From an uncultured Desulfurococcaceae archaeon (GTDB taxonomy: Archaea > Thermoproteota > Thermoprotei_A > Sulfolobales > NBVN01), in the NCBI GenBank assembly GCA_964641155.1, contig CAZXJO010000001.1, positions 149,144 to 213,143 on the forward strand: a stretch of 64,000 nucleotides of DNA, in the 5' to 3' direction. A program made the translations under genes and the position numbers. Under the pieces are notes generated by a model. That model did no database searches and was not told the DNA's origin. It worked only from the letters and a program-made list of their open reading frames with translations. This document shows, in pieces, positions 18,450-28,385 of this stretch (its first letter is position 1; each line of letters opens with the position of its first letter).

Positions 18450-19136
18450 TCAACATATCTCAGCTTCCTCTATGATTAAGTACCCGACCCAGTGGCTTGG
18501 GTACCAAACCTTCCTACCGGACTTTATGCAGACCCTCCTCCCCCTGAAAAGGGGTGAGCTGGTGACGAACGTTTCGAATTCCCCGCCCTCGCCAACAGGG
18601 TTAATGCTGTACCTTCTACAAACGTCCATGAATTCCTCTAAGTTGCTAAGATTTATCTCACTACCCAACCATTTAATACCTAAGCCGTAAGCCTGCAATG
18701 CGGTGATAATGAATCCCACCGTCCTAACCTCCTCCTGTAATAACGTGTAGGGGTCGTAACTCCATAGGGGTGCTACATGTACCAGGCCTGCCTCCTCGCA
18801 TAATCTATCCACGATTGCTTTTTGGTATCTAGACCCTACAACACCGCTGATCACGTACCTGAACCCGTAATCCCGAAGTTCCTTAAACTTCTTACCCAGC
18901 TCAACTGCCTCCACGTCCTTAATGCCGCTACAGCTCATTAAATCGTAGTCAATGTCTAACAACGTACCGTGTAGGGTAGACCAGTTGACATTCACCGCAT
19001 GGAAGAGCCAAGAATCCTGCCTCAATGGACTGACCACGAGCAACTTCCCTACATCGTAACCTAGGTTTAGAGCCTTAATCAAAGCGTAGTGTGAGTCCTT
19101 CCCACCGCTGTAGAGGACTAACGCCTTCCCACCTAT
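18450..19136 (-). CDS. PP-loop ATPase, diphthine-ammonia ligase (Dph6/MJ0570)-like; start non-canonical or uncertain
   Basis: The track ORF starts at TTG 19082, but the same frame upstream encodes ..IGGKALVLYSGGKDSHYA. This contains the SGGKDS PP-loop that defines the family. The C-terminal EGGEFETFV motif is also present. Confidence 0.7.
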   Translation of the reverse strand: MGGKALVLYSGGKDSHYALIKALNLGYDVGKLLVVSPLRQDSWLFHAVNVNWSTLHGTLLDIDYDLMSCSGIKDVEAVELGKKFKELRDYGFRYVISGVVGSRYQKAIVDRLCEEAGLVHVAPLWSYDPYTLLQEEVRTVGFIITALQAYGLGIKWLGSEINLSNLEEFMDVCRRYSINPVGEGGEFETFVTSSPLFRGRRVCIKSGRKVWYPSHWVGYLIIEEAEIC

Positions 19137-19789
19137 CGAAGAACACCTCTCAAAATATCCAGGGCTGCCTCAACCACGTACATCGAACAGTTAGGGTCCC
19201 CCTTCCTACATATGGAGGCTAAGATGCAGTCCCCACCTACGATGTCTAAGCCTCTTAACAAGTTCTTCCAGAATCCTTGGTTAGTGACCTCATGTAAGCC
19301 GTTGGAATCAGGTAATTTGAGAGATCCGTCAATGTAATACAGTATTAGCCCGCCAAGACCCCCCTTCCTAACTATTAGATCCCTAACATGTAGTACGCCG
19401 CCAACCCTTTCTACATACTTAACCCCATCCCTGAGCAGGACTAGCGATATCCTGCAGTCCCTACATACCTCCCCATCGCTTAGGTCGAAATCCCCAACGA
19501 CGTACAGCCTACTCCGCAAAGACTTAAGGACTTCAAAACCCGTATCAGTTAGTAACACGCCAGCTACCGGGTCAACTACTATTAAACCAGCTTCTGACAA
19601 CCTCCTGATCAAAGTCCTCGCACTGCCCTCACCAATGCCTAGAACGTTGGAAAGCACTTTCCTCCCTGAAGGACCCTTTGCGCACTCAGCTAGGGCCATG
19701 TAGACATGGTATCCGGTGAAGCCAGGCTTAACGTTACCCTTAGGTAGAATCACCTTATCGATGACTTTGAAGACTTCCTCAACACCCAT
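19133..19789 (-). CDS. conserved archaeal protein with N-terminal HTH (DUF4443-like, tentative)
   Basis: 218 aa. GRKVLSNVLGIGEGSARTLIRRLSEAGLI is wHTH-like. The family name comes from memory only. Confidence 0.45.
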   Translation of the reverse strand: MGVEEVFKVIDKVILPKGNVKPGFTGYHVYMALAECAKGPSGRKVLSNVLGIGEGSARTLIRRLSEAGLIVVDPVAGVLLTDTGFEVLKSLRSRLYVVGDFDLSDGEVCRDCRISLVLLRDGVKYVERVGGVLHVRDLIVRKGGLGGLILYYIDGSLKLPDSNGLHEVTNQGFWKNLLRGLDIVGGDCILASICRKGDPNCSMYVVEAALDILRGVLR

Positions 19790-19855
19790 AAACTCCCTAC
19801 ATTAAATGTCACATTATAGCTAAAATTTATTTGGATTCACGGTGAGTAGGTTGGG

Positions 19856-20800
19856 GTGAAGTTATTGAGGAAACTTAGATGTAAGGACTTGATTTCTATT
19901 TCAGACCTCAGTAGGGAAGAACTGATCAGCTTGCTGGAGACGTCGAAACTCTTTAAGACCAGGTATTACTCCGGCGAGAGGGTAATCAAAGTGTTAGCCG
20001 GTAAGTGCTTAGCGATGATATTCCAAAAACCCAGCACTAGGACCAGAGTTAGCTTTGAAGTCGCTATGTACCAGCTAGGCGGACACTCGCTCTACCTTAA
20101 TTGGAACGACCTTCAACTAGGGAGAGGTGAGACGATAGCTGACACTGCCAGAGTCCTGAGCAGGTACGTAGACGGGATAGTTGCCAGGGTTTCAAGGCAC
20201 TCAGACCTACTGGAACTGGCTAAACACTCATCCATACCCGTAATTAACGCCTTAAGCGATTTAGAACACCCATGCCAGGCGCTAGCCGACATATTCACCA
20301 TCTGGGAGAAGAAAGGGAGGTTAGAAGGCGTTAAATTAGCTTTCGTCGGAGACGGCACTGACAACGTCCTTAACTCGCTACTATTAGCCGGAGCTAAGCT
20401 CGGAATGAACATCTCTATATCAACCCCAAAGGGCTACGACCCGAGAGAGGAAGTGTTGAAGGTAGCTGAAAGCGATGCTCGAAGGCACGGGTCAACGATC
20501 GAGGTGGTTAGGGAGCCCGAAGCAGCTGTTAGGGGAGCGGACGTTGTGTACACTGATGTCTGGGTGAGTATGGGACAGGAAGCTGAGAGGGCTAAAAGGA
20601 TTGCAGACCTCAGCATGTATAGGGTCACCGTCGATTTGATGATGCTGGCTAAGGAGGACGCCATCTTCATGCACTGCCTACCTGCTAAGAGGGGCGAGGA
20701 AGTGGTTGATGAGGTAATAGACGGTAAGTGGTCTGCGGTATGGGATCAGGCGGAGAACAGGCTTCACACTCAAAAGGCGGTGTTAGCGCTTCTTCTTTGA
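19856..20800 (+). CDS. argF: ornithine carbamoyltransferase
   Basis: [20 protein letters not shown] and [13 protein letters not shown] motifs; the latter two are OTCase-type. GTG start. Confidence 0.85.
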   Translation: MKLLRKLRCKDLISISDLSREELISLLETSKLFKTRYYSGERVIKVLAGKCLAMIFQKPSTRTRVSFEVAMYQLGGHSLYLNWNDLQLGRGETIADTARVLSRYVDGIVARVSRHSDLLELAKHSSIPVINALSDLEHPCQALADIFTIWEKKGRLEGVKLAFVGDGTDNVLNSLLLAGAKLGMNISISTPKGYDPREEVLKVAESDARRHGSTIEVVREPEAAVRGADVVYTDVWVSMGQEAERAKRIADLSMYRVTVDLMMLAKEDAIFMHCLPAKRGEEVVDEVIDGKWSAVWDQAENRLHTQKAVLALLL

Positions 20801-21343
20801 CCTCCTTCTAACCCTCCTTTTCTTCCTCCTCCGCTTAACAGCCTTCTTAGGCGTACTAACCTCAGCCCTTTCACTGCTTAATAGTAGCCTAATCCCTGAC
20901 TCTGTCTTGAGCATGAGCCCTAAGCAGGCATCACAGCTCTTGAAACTTAAATCGCCTTCAAATACGTAAGTATCACTGGGCACTTCGAAATCCTTGACCT
21001 CTAGCTGGGACCCGTAAAATACGTCAACCTCCTTACCGTCAGCGGGCTTCATCAAGATTGATAAACCAACCAACTTATCGGGTCGAGGTGATATCGTCAC
21101 ACTAGGAGTCTTAAACGCCTTCACATACTCGAATACCTCACTGCACTGGGAACCCTCACAACTGCTTAGTAATACACAATCACATCGCAGAAGGTCTGAG
21201 TCCTTAAACTCACTCAAACTTAGCTGGTCCACGTTAGGGTACCCGTCGAGCACCAACTCCTTAACCAACTTCAACGCGGTGAACTTTACCTCAGCAACCT
21301 CAAGCTCGGTGATCTCGAAGCACTTTACTTTCACAGCGCACAT
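20783..21343 (-). CDS. hypothetical protein with highly basic C-terminal tail
   Basis: 186 aa ending [21 protein letters not shown]. Its 3' end overlaps the argF 3' end by 18 nt in convergent orientation. Confidence 0.4.
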   Translation of the reverse strand: MCAVKVKCFEITELEVAEVKFTALKLVKELVLDGYPNVDQLSLSEFKDSDLLRCDCVLLSSCEGSQCSEVFEYVKAFKTPSVTISPRPDKLVGLSILMKPADGKEVDVFYGSQLEVKDFEVPSDTYVFEGDLSFKSCDACLGLMLKTESGIRLLLSSERAEVSTPKKAVKRRRKKRRVRRRSKKKR

Positions 21344-21360
21344 AACCTTGCATACACTTC

Positions 21361-21849
21361 CTAGCGCTTGTACCCTATCCTCCTAAGGAACTCCTTCCTC
21401 TCCTTCTTGTCCTCCTCCCCTTCAATGCCTAAAGACTTGAACCCGTCCACAACCCCTAAAACAGACCTACCTTGATCGGTCTCAGCAACTATCAACTGCA
21501 ACGGATTTGACGTCGCCGCATATATAGTGGTGACTTCCTGAACGTGCTTCAAGGCGTTTAAGACGTTAATAGGCCAGGCATTGCTTAAGTACACTATGAA
21601 CGTGTGTCCCGCCCCGACTTTCAAGGCGCTTTCTTCGGCAAGCTTAACTAATCTCTCGTCGTTCCCGTCGCTCCTCACCAACCTCTTCCCACTAGCTTCG
21701 CAGAATGCCACCCCGAATTTAATGGAGGTCGTCGAAGTTACCAAAGCTTCGTAGATGTCTTCAACTGTTTTAATGAAGTGTGAATGACCGATGATGACGC
21801 TAGTACCCTCGGGCACCGGTATATTAACTACTTCAAACCTCAGACTCAT
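21361..21849 (-). CDS. adenosine-specific kinase family protein (PF04008/COG1839-like)
   Basis: [41 protein letters not shown] and [10 protein letters not shown] motifs. I chose the start at the second Met (MSLRFEVV). Confidence 0.65.
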   Translation of the reverse strand: MSLRFEVVNIPVPEGTSVIIGHSHFIKTVEDIYEALVTSTTSIKFGVAFCEASGKRLVRSDGNDERLVKLAEESALKVGAGHTFIVYLSNAWPINVLNALKHVQEVTTIYAATSNPLQLIVAETDQGRSVLGVVDGFKSLGIEGEEDKKERKEFLRRIGYKR

Positions 21850-21980
21850 TAAGACCCTAAAAACGATCCACACGAAACTTATTAAGGTTTTAGACCCCAG
21901 CCCAACTAAGTTGCGGGGTGCGATCGTTCAATCAAGTAGCATCGATTACTCACAAGCTACACGGCCTTAGGGACAACGAC

Positions 21981-21990
21981 TTTTATAAGT
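21981..21990 (+). promoter_or_regulatory. TATA box for tRNA-Ala
   Basis: TTTTATAAGT ends 24 nt before the first tRNA nucleotide. Confidence 0.55.
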
Positions 21991-22013
21991 CCCAACGAGT
22001 AAACACATTAATA

Positions 22014-22090
<77 letters not shown>

Positions 22091-22141
22091 ATACTTAAAA
22101 AATTAAATTAATGGGAGCGTTTCTACTTAGGATGGTGTGAA

Positions 22142-23263
22142 GTGGTTAGAGTACTAATAACTAACGCGACCGTGGTAACGCTCTCTAGAAAACATGACTT
22201 AGTAATTAATAACGGGTACGTATTCATAAATGACGGGGTGATCAAAGCTGTTGGTAGCGGCGAGGTACCTGAGGAACTCCAGTACCCCGAACTACTTATC
22301 TCGGGTAAGGGGAGGTTAGTTATCCCGGGGGTCTCCTCCGGTCACACTAAAGTTACTACTTACCCTTTAAGACATATATTGCCTTCTCTAAGTAGGGAGC
22401 AGGTTAACGACTACCTATCCACTTTAAGTAGGAGTGATGTTTACTACTCCGCGATGCTGGCCTTCACAGACTTGCTTAATAGGGGGGTGACTTCGATGAT
22501 GATTTCAGACATATACCTGGATGATGTGGCGAGGGCAGCCCACGACGTTGGGATCCCTGTGGTGCTCGCTTCGCCAATCAATACGGACTTACGTGATTAC
22601 GACCCCTACCACGAACTTAAGTTGATCATGCAGAGGTGGCATGGAAGAGTTGAAAACGTGGTTGGGGCCATCTCCGTCCACGGTAACTTGAATGAGGGTG
22701 TGGACTTAGAGGAGTTCCCGGAGTGTAAGGTCTTCGTCGTAGGGGCCGATAATTTCGAATCACTGAGGAAGTTCGACCGGAGTAGGGTCGTCGTAGTAGA
22801 CCCTATTAATGAGCCTCCAAGCGATTTAGCCGTCATAAGGACCTACAACACCTTGAAGTCGTGGAAGCCCTTCCAAGGTTTTGGGATCGGTGATAACATC
22901 ACATACGACGTGTTCGATATGTTGAGGTTCTTATTTAGGTCAGGTAGTAACAGCTTGGACCTACTCTACAGCGCGACGAGCGCTACATCACACATAATTG
23001 GTTTCGACGATATGAACTGCATCGAGGAGGGTAAGAGGGCCAACCTGATCATATATAACTTCAGGGAACCGCCTGCGTGGCCTTTAATTCCATCAGTAGA
23101 GGCAATAGCTAACGCGGTGGTGGGAGGCCAACTTAGGGTTGAGTCGGTGATCGTGGGGGACAACGTACTGGTGGACAGTGGTGAGGTCTTAAGTGTTGGA
23201 ACTGACTTAATTAGAAAAGCTACTGCCAGACTTGAAGACGTAATTAAAAAATTCATTAATTGA
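22142..23263 (+). CDS. amidohydrolase-superfamily protein (chlorohydrolase/deaminase-like)
   Basis: The N-terminus ITNATVVTL..NGYVFINDGVIKAVG and LVIPG resemble metal-dependent amidohydrolases. The usual HxH after PG is not present (GVSSGHTK). Confidence 0.6.
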   Translation: MVRVLITNATVVTLSRKHDLVINNGYVFINDGVIKAVGSGEVPEELQYPELLISGKGRLVIPGVSSGHTKVTTYPLRHILPSLSREQVNDYLSTLSRSDVYYSAMLAFTDLLNRGVTSMMISDIYLDDVARAAHDVGIPVVLASPINTDLRDYDPYHELKLIMQRWHGRVENVVGAISVHGNLNEGVDLEEFPECKVFVVGADNFESLRKFDRSRVVVVDPINEPPSDLAVIRTYNTLKSWKPFQGFGIGDNITYDVFDMLRFLFRSGSNSLDLLYSATSATSHIIGFDDMNCIEEGKRANLIIYNFREPPAWPLIPSVEAIANAVVGGQLRVESVIVGDNVLVDSGEVLSVGTDLIRKATARLEDVIKKFIN

Positions 23264-23264
23264 T

Positions 23265-23966
23265 TTACTCTTCGAACTCCTCTAACCTCTCGACCTTATA
23301 TTCCACACCGACCCTTTTCTTGACCATCTCTATGACTCTAACGGCCTCATTGAAGTCTACGTACCTAGCATTTGAGGTAAACTTATCGATGTTCTTCGCC
23401 AGCGCTTCCTCAACGCTTAAACCACCGCACTCTATCTTCAACTTGTCCATGACCATAGGTGATGGCTCTAACGCAGCTCCCCTCTTCACGAAGACCAACT
23501 CGTTGTCTACCGGGGTTACTATGAATGCGCCCACCTCCCTACCACCTAACTTCATAACGTAGACTATGTCACCGTCCTCCGTCTCACCTAGCCTCTCGAC
23601 ATTAAATGCCACCGCTGCCTCAACAACGGCTTTCACCTCCCTCTTCACCTTACTTAACACATCAATGACCTCGCTCTCCGGCAACCTCTTAAACGCCTCA
23701 ACCTTTAAGGTATCGTACAACCACTCAATACCCCCTTCCTTCACCTCATAATCTACCGATACCCTCACAACATCTCCCTTACCTAACTTCAACTCCTCTA
23801 CGAAAACCTTATACAAGACTTTATTTAATTGAGCTACCTTGAACGCTACATCGGGTCCCTTCACACTACCTTCTTTAATGAGATCTCTTAGCTGTGCGAA
23901 GGCTACCCTCCTAATCTTATCGGCGTACGCCCCCACTATTATATAACCTGACCTTAAAGTAGGCAA
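23265..23966 (-). CDS. conserved hypothetical protein
   Basis: 233-aa ORF with a TTG start and charged residues throughout. No motif recognised. Confidence 0.4.
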   Translation of the reverse strand: MPTLRSGYIIVGAYADKIRRVAFAQLRDLIKEGSVKGPDVAFKVAQLNKVLYKVFVEELKLGKGDVVRVSVDYEVKEGGIEWLYDTLKVEAFKRLPESEVIDVLSKVKREVKAVVEAAVAFNVERLGETEDGDIVYVMKLGGREVGAFIVTPVDNELVFVKRGAALEPSPMVMDKLKIECGGLSVEEALAKNIDKFTSNARYVDFNEAVRVIEMVKKRVGVEYKVERLEEFEE

Positions 23967-24038
23967 AGAACCACCCAGATTTATAACAATTCTTTAAATA
24001 TAAATTTATATTAAGACTGGAACCAACGGTAGTTAGTT

Positions 24039-24893
24039 ATGTGTGGAAGACTGCTCAGAGACATTGCGATTAGGGTTCTAGGTGAGGACGCAGCGAGCAG
24101 TATATGGAGTAGGGTGGAAATCATAGGTGACATTGCCTTAATAAGGAAACCGCCTCAAACCTCCTTAGACGTCCTAAAGCCTTTAGCCGAGGAAATTGTG
24201 AGGAAACTCCCCTACGTCAGATCTGTTTGGGCTTCGATCTCGCCCATAACCGGCCTGTACAGGACTAGGGAGTACGTACACCTAGCCGGGGAGTTCAGAA
24301 CCACCACGATTTACAGAGAGCACGGATGCTCGTTCTACATAGACATCGCAAAAGTTTACATATCCCCAGCACTCAGCTACGAACACCTGAGGGTATCTAA
24401 GGATGTGAAGGACGGTGAATTCGTAATAAACATGTTCGCAGGCGCTGGGCTGTTCTCGATAATAATTGCCAAGCATGCCAAGCCTTCCAAGGTAGTCTCA
24501 ATAGATGTAAACCCATACGCGTATGAACTCATGGTTAAGAACGTGAAATTAAACGGTGTCGAGGGAGTGGTGGAACCAGTGTTAGGTGACTCCGGCGTAG
24601 TTATCAACGAGTACGCGGGGACGGCTGATAGGGTCTTAATGCCCCTACCTGAACTGGCGTTTAAGTACTTCGAGAAGGCGGTTAATTCCGTTAGGAAGTC
24701 AGGTATAATACATGTCTACGAGTTCGAAAGAGCTCCAAGCAAGGAAATAGCAATAAATAACGTAATCAGCAAATACATGAAGAAGTGTGCTGACCTAGGA
24801 GTAGGTGCTGAGGTAGTGCTGAGCAGGGTTGTTAGGTCTGTAGGCCCTAGGACATACCAAGTGGTTGCGGACATAAGGGTGACTAAGCAATGA
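24039..24893 (+). CDS. tRNA methyltransferase, Trm5/Taw22 (Met-10+) family
   Basis: SAM-binding INMFAGAGLFSIIIAK..VVSIDVNP, NVKLNG, and the overall Met-10+ layout. Confidence 0.75.
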   Translation: MCGRLLRDIAIRVLGEDAASSIWSRVEIIGDIALIRKPPQTSLDVLKPLAEEIVRKLPYVRSVWASISPITGLYRTREYVHLAGEFRTTTIYREHGCSFYIDIAKVYISPALSYEHLRVSKDVKDGEFVINMFAGAGLFSIIIAKHAKPSKVVSIDVNPYAYELMVKNVKLNGVEGVVEPVLGDSGVVINEYAGTADRVLMPLPELAFKYFEKAVNSVRKSGIIHVYEFERAPSKEIAINNVISKYMKKCADLGVGAEVVLSRVVRSVGPRTYQVVADIRVTKQ

Positions 24894-24908
24894 ATATGTG
24901 GGTCACGT

Positions 24909-25346
24909 TCACCCCTTCCTAACCACTAAGTGGGTGACCTCATCCCTTACCAGGACAACTATGAAAATCCCCAGGGGCTCCTTACTTAAGCTCAAGCTCA
25001 ATTTAAGGTTAGCGAGTGGTGGAACAACCTCTGCCTCAGTTAATTTAATCACTTCGTAGCTTAAGTTACCGTAGAATGCGACGTACCCAATTATTTGGAA
25101 CGGCTCAGGGGACCTGCTTACTAACGTAATCACCGCAGTTCTATTTACGTATTCATACCAGCACTCAGTTGTGTATGTGATGGAGTTACGAACCACCTGC
25201 TTTTCAAACATCCTCAAGCTCATTAAGCTGTAATCCTCAACGCTTTGGTAGATGCCGTAAATCGTTGAGGATATGATGATTAACGCCAACAGCAGCAGGA
25301 CCAAACCAACTACACTGCTCAAACCACTACTCGTACGTGTACCCAT
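24909..25346 (-). CDS. putative type IV pilin-like protein (class III signal peptide)
   Basis: N-terminus MGTRTSSG/LSSVVGLVLLLLALIIISS, followed by a beta-rich domain. Overlaps the upstream pilin-like gene by 20 nt. Confidence 0.5.
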   Translation of the reverse strand: MGTRTSSGLSSVVGLVLLLLALIIISSTIYGIYQSVEDYSLMSLRMFEKQVVRNSITYTTECWYEYVNRTAVITLVSRSPEPFQIIGYVAFYGNLSYEVIKLTEAEVVPPLANLKLSLSLSKEPLGIFIVVLVRDEVTHLVVRKG

Positions 25347-25791
25347 ATGCTACCACCTCACCGCCTTCGTAGACCACCTTAACTTTGAAGACGTGTCCGG
25401 CAGCAAGCTTGACCGGTGATTTAAGGTCGACGACCCTTATGTCCAGTGGGTCTAAAACCAGATCCACACCTTCCACCGGTACATCATCGACGTATACAGC
25501 AATTACTCTGAGCTTGACGACACCGTTAGAGACGACCAGCCTAACCTCATTAGTTGACCCGCTCCCTGAAGCCATCACCACGTCCAGGGATTTCATGAGG
25601 TCCGCAGCCTTCCTCTCAACATCCGACTTAAACAGCGTGCTGACGTTATAGGAGTAGTTATCAATCATGACCACCACTACAGCACCTAGTGCTAAGGTTA
25701 TGAAGAGCACAAGCAGTGAAGAAATTAGCTCGCTGACACCGATGCGAGAACCCCCAGACGCCAGTATCCTTCGATTCCTCATCAACAGCAC
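25327..25791 (-). CDS. putative archaeal type IV pilin-like protein (class III signal peptide)
   Basis: Basic N-terminus and RIG/VSELISSLLVLFITLALGAVVVV, which fits the [KR]-G-[VIA]-S prepilin peptidase (PibD/FlaK) site followed by a hydrophobic helix. Confidence 0.6.
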   Translation of the reverse strand: MLLMRNRRILASGGSRIGVSELISSLLVLFITLALGAVVVVMIDNYSYNVSTLFKSDVERKAADLMKSLDVVMASGSGSTNEVRLVVSNGVVKLRVIAVYVDDVPVEGVDLVLDPLDIRVVDLKSPVKLAAGHVFKVKVVYEGGEVVAYGYTYE

Positions 25792-25814
25792 TGTATAAAG
25801 CTTAACTTAAGGAA

Positions 25815-27401
25815 TTATTTAAGATTATCCAAGTTAACCAATCTTAGGTTCGCCCCTTCTAGCAAGTCCTTCAGAGCCTTCCTAATGAACCTCTCAGAAC
25901 TCCAGCTGTGGCGCCTACATGTAAACACCACGACACCCTCATACCTACTTAACAACATCCTTAAGTACTTCCTAAACCTGCTTCTGAACAATGACAAAGT
26001 ACCCACATCCACAACCTCAGGCATGTTGAAGTGGGAGTATGGGTATACTGAGAGTAACAATGAGGGGATTACCGTGAAGAAGGGTACGTAGACGTAGGTG
26101 TCTTCAGGCTGCGCGTCTAACTTAACTGCGATGTTGTTGCATGCAGGATTTACCTTAGCACCGCTTCCTGTGACCAGCATGGGCAGTAATAATGCCGTAC
26201 GATTCTTTTTCCCGAACCTAAACACGTACTCCTTCAGGTACTTCTCATGCCTCACTACCTCAGGTCTGTAGTAAGACGTCTCTTCGTAAAGAAATAGGGC
26301 ATGGGAATCACCACGTATTCTGGGGTCTAGGACTTCGAACCATTTCTGAAACCCACCACGCGTGAATAGGTTGAGTAAACGCCTTAGCGACGGGTGTCCC
26401 CTCCCCCTTTCCTCGAGGAGCTCCCAAAGCCTGCCCTCCCTGATAGCGACCTTTACGTTCTTAATTTCCCTTAAAATTACGTAGAGGTTGTGGAGTGCTA
26501 CGTTACGTACCCTCTCCTCAGCACTCATCTCGAGTAGGGACTTGACGTCATACTTGCTGCATATGGAACATTCGCATGGCAGATAATCCAAGTCCTTAAG
26601 CATGTAAGTACCCCTCTCGGTCATATACCTACCACCTCTAGCGTAGAGAATGTATGAAGCGGAATCAAACATATCCACGCCCAAGGCCACCGCGTAGGGA
26701 ATTATCATCGGATGCCCGGCCCCGAACAAATGCACTGCCTTATCAATAGGTACCACCTCTTTAACGGTTAGGATCATTTCAAAGACTTTAGAGTACTCGT
26801 ACTTCTCCATGAGTAGGACTGGGCTACCGATCGCGTAAATAGAGTAACCTTCCAAGTCCTTGCCCACCATAGCACATTTCCTTACTAGGTCTAGGTGGAC
26901 CCCTCCTTGGATTGGTAAGACCCACAGCGTTTTACTACCACTTATGAGTTCTGCTGATAGCGCAGCCCTCCTTAAAGTCTCATCAACGCTGTACAACGCT
27001 TCATCGTACGTGGCGTCATCTCTGGTAGGTACGTCAGCAATGACAGCTATGTCACTGCCAACACTTTCCTGAAACCTCACTATCTCCTCAGGATCTAACC
27101 TCACTTTCTTACCGCCGTACCGTAGGAGCTGGTAGGCGCCCGAATCAGTCATCACAACCCCTCTAAACCCTAGGAACTCATGAATATCGCGGACTTCATT
27201 ACCCACGGTCTTCTTAATAATGTATGCGTTGGTGATTATCTGGGTGAAGCCTAAATCCCTCAGCAGACTCACAGGTACTTCCTTGGACTGCTTCACAGGG
27301 TTCACGACTGGGAAAAAGGCAGGTGTTTCTATAACACCGCTCTTAGTTATTAACTTACCGATCCTACCCCCTAAGTCTTTATCCCTTACCTCAAATACCA
27401 C
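25815..27401 (-). CDS. tgtA: archaeosine tRNA-guanine transglycosylase
   Basis: FEVRDKDLGGRIGKL..IETPAFFPVVNP, VMTDSGAYQ, and the zinc site CECSICS...H typical of ArcTGT. Confidence 0.9.
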   Translation of the reverse strand: MVFEVRDKDLGGRIGKLITKSGVIETPAFFPVVNPVKQSKEVPVSLLRDLGFTQIITNAYIIKKTVGNEVRDIHEFLGFRGVVMTDSGAYQLLRYGGKKVRLDPEEIVRFQESVGSDIAVIADVPTRDDATYDEALYSVDETLRRAALSAELISGSKTLWVLPIQGGVHLDLVRKCAMVGKDLEGYSIYAIGSPVLLMEKYEYSKVFEMILTVKEVVPIDKAVHLFGAGHPMIIPYAVALGVDMFDSASYILYARGGRYMTERGTYMLKDLDYLPCECSICSKYDVKSLLEMSAEERVRNVALHNLYVILREIKNVKVAIREGRLWELLEERGRGHPSLRRLLNLFTRGGFQKWFEVLDPRIRGDSHALFLYEETSYYRPEVVRHEKYLKEYVFRFGKKNRTALLLPMLVTGSGAKVNPACNNIAVKLDAQPEDTYVYVPFFTVIPSLLLSVYPYSHFNMPEVVDVGTLSLFRSRFRKYLRMLLSRYEGVVVFTCRRHSWSSERFIRKALKDLLEGANLRLVNLDNLK

Positions 27402-27402
27402 T

Positions 27403-27855
27403 CTACATCCTCTTCTTCCTTAACTCCATATATTCTTGATAAAGGCTGTAAAGCTTAGAAGCCAACGGTCCTGAACCCTCAACACCGTTCTCACTTACTT
27501 TATACTTATCATACACCACTACTAAGTTGGCTTCCTTAACAACTTTCACAGACCCGGGCGGTAGGTTTAGCTTAGACACTATGTATGATGAGAACTCGTT
27601 TGGGTCAAACATCGGTTGCTCCTTGGAAATTACCTCCGACAACCTGTCCCCATGTATTAAAACCCTATGGCATACGTTTCCACTATCATCTCTAGCGTTT
27701 CCCAACACTAGGTGGAGGGATAACCTCTCGCTCACATCCACACCTAGTAGAATGCCTTCGTAAGTCCTACCATCAACTAACTTAACAACCACGGGTTTAT
27801 CCACCAAGTTGACAACTTCGTTCACCAGCCTCTTCGCAACGTTTGAAACACTCAT
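27403..27855 (-). CDS. Sm-like archaeal protein with C-terminal extension (SmAP3-type)
   Basis: Sm1/Sm2 motifs VVVKLVDGRTYEGILLGVDVSERLSLHLVLGNA..VLIHGDRL, followed by an extra domain of about 70 aa. Confidence 0.7.
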   Translation of the reverse strand: MSVSNVAKRLVNEVVNLVDKPVVVKLVDGRTYEGILLGVDVSERLSLHLVLGNARDDSGNVCHRVLIHGDRLSEVISKEQPMFDPNEFSSYIVSKLNLPPGSVKVVKEANLVVVYDKYKVSENGVEGSGPLASKLYSLYQEYMELRKKRM

Positions 27856-27912
27856 CTCATATACCTACACTTCATAACGAAGTACATATTTTTAAACTTA
27901 GTTAATTAATTT

Positions 27913-28305
27913 TCAAATAACCTCAAGCTTGAAGTACACTTCATCCATGTAGTCGAATAAGTTGTAGGCAGTATCAGAGTTAGACTCAACTATTAAGAGA
28001 AAACCCCACAGCGAGATCAGCAACTGGTAAACACCTCCCTCAACCCCCTTGGACATTACATAACCCCTCATGACTAAATCCACGCCCTCCCTGAAGACGG
28101 GCCTGCCTTTAGATAAGGTTATCCGAACCTTGTCGTTGACTTCGAAGTTTTTGAGCATCTTATGGATGTCGAATGTGATCTCAGCGTCGTGGCTCCGCAC
28201 CGTAATTATAAATACTTGCGGGATTAGGGACCTCTCAACACTCTTAACCACACCTTCATATACCACATAATTCGACCCGCTTCCCACACTCATACCAGGA
28301 CACAC
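27913..28305 (-). CDS. rpo8: RNA polymerase subunit Rpo8 (RpoG), crenarchaeal
   Basis: Similar to my recollection of Sulfolobus Rpo8: SVERS.., ITFDI, DKVRITLSKGR, and LLISLWGFLLIVES......MDEVYFKLE compared with ISLFGLLVKIIS...MDHVYFCVKK. The start may be the internal Met at 28293. Confidence 0.6.
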   Translation of the reverse strand: MCPGMSVGSGSNYVVYEGVVKSVERSLIPQVFIITVRSHDAEITFDIHKMLKNFEVNDKVRITLSKGRPVFREGVDLVMRGYVMSKGVEGGVYQLLISLWGFLLIVESNSDTAYNLFDYMDEVYFKLEVI

Positions 28306-28385
28306 AATCCTATACTATTGAAGAACTTATAACGTTATGAGTTCCGAACCCTTTAAATACTCCCTTATTTACTGGTTGCGTTGAA

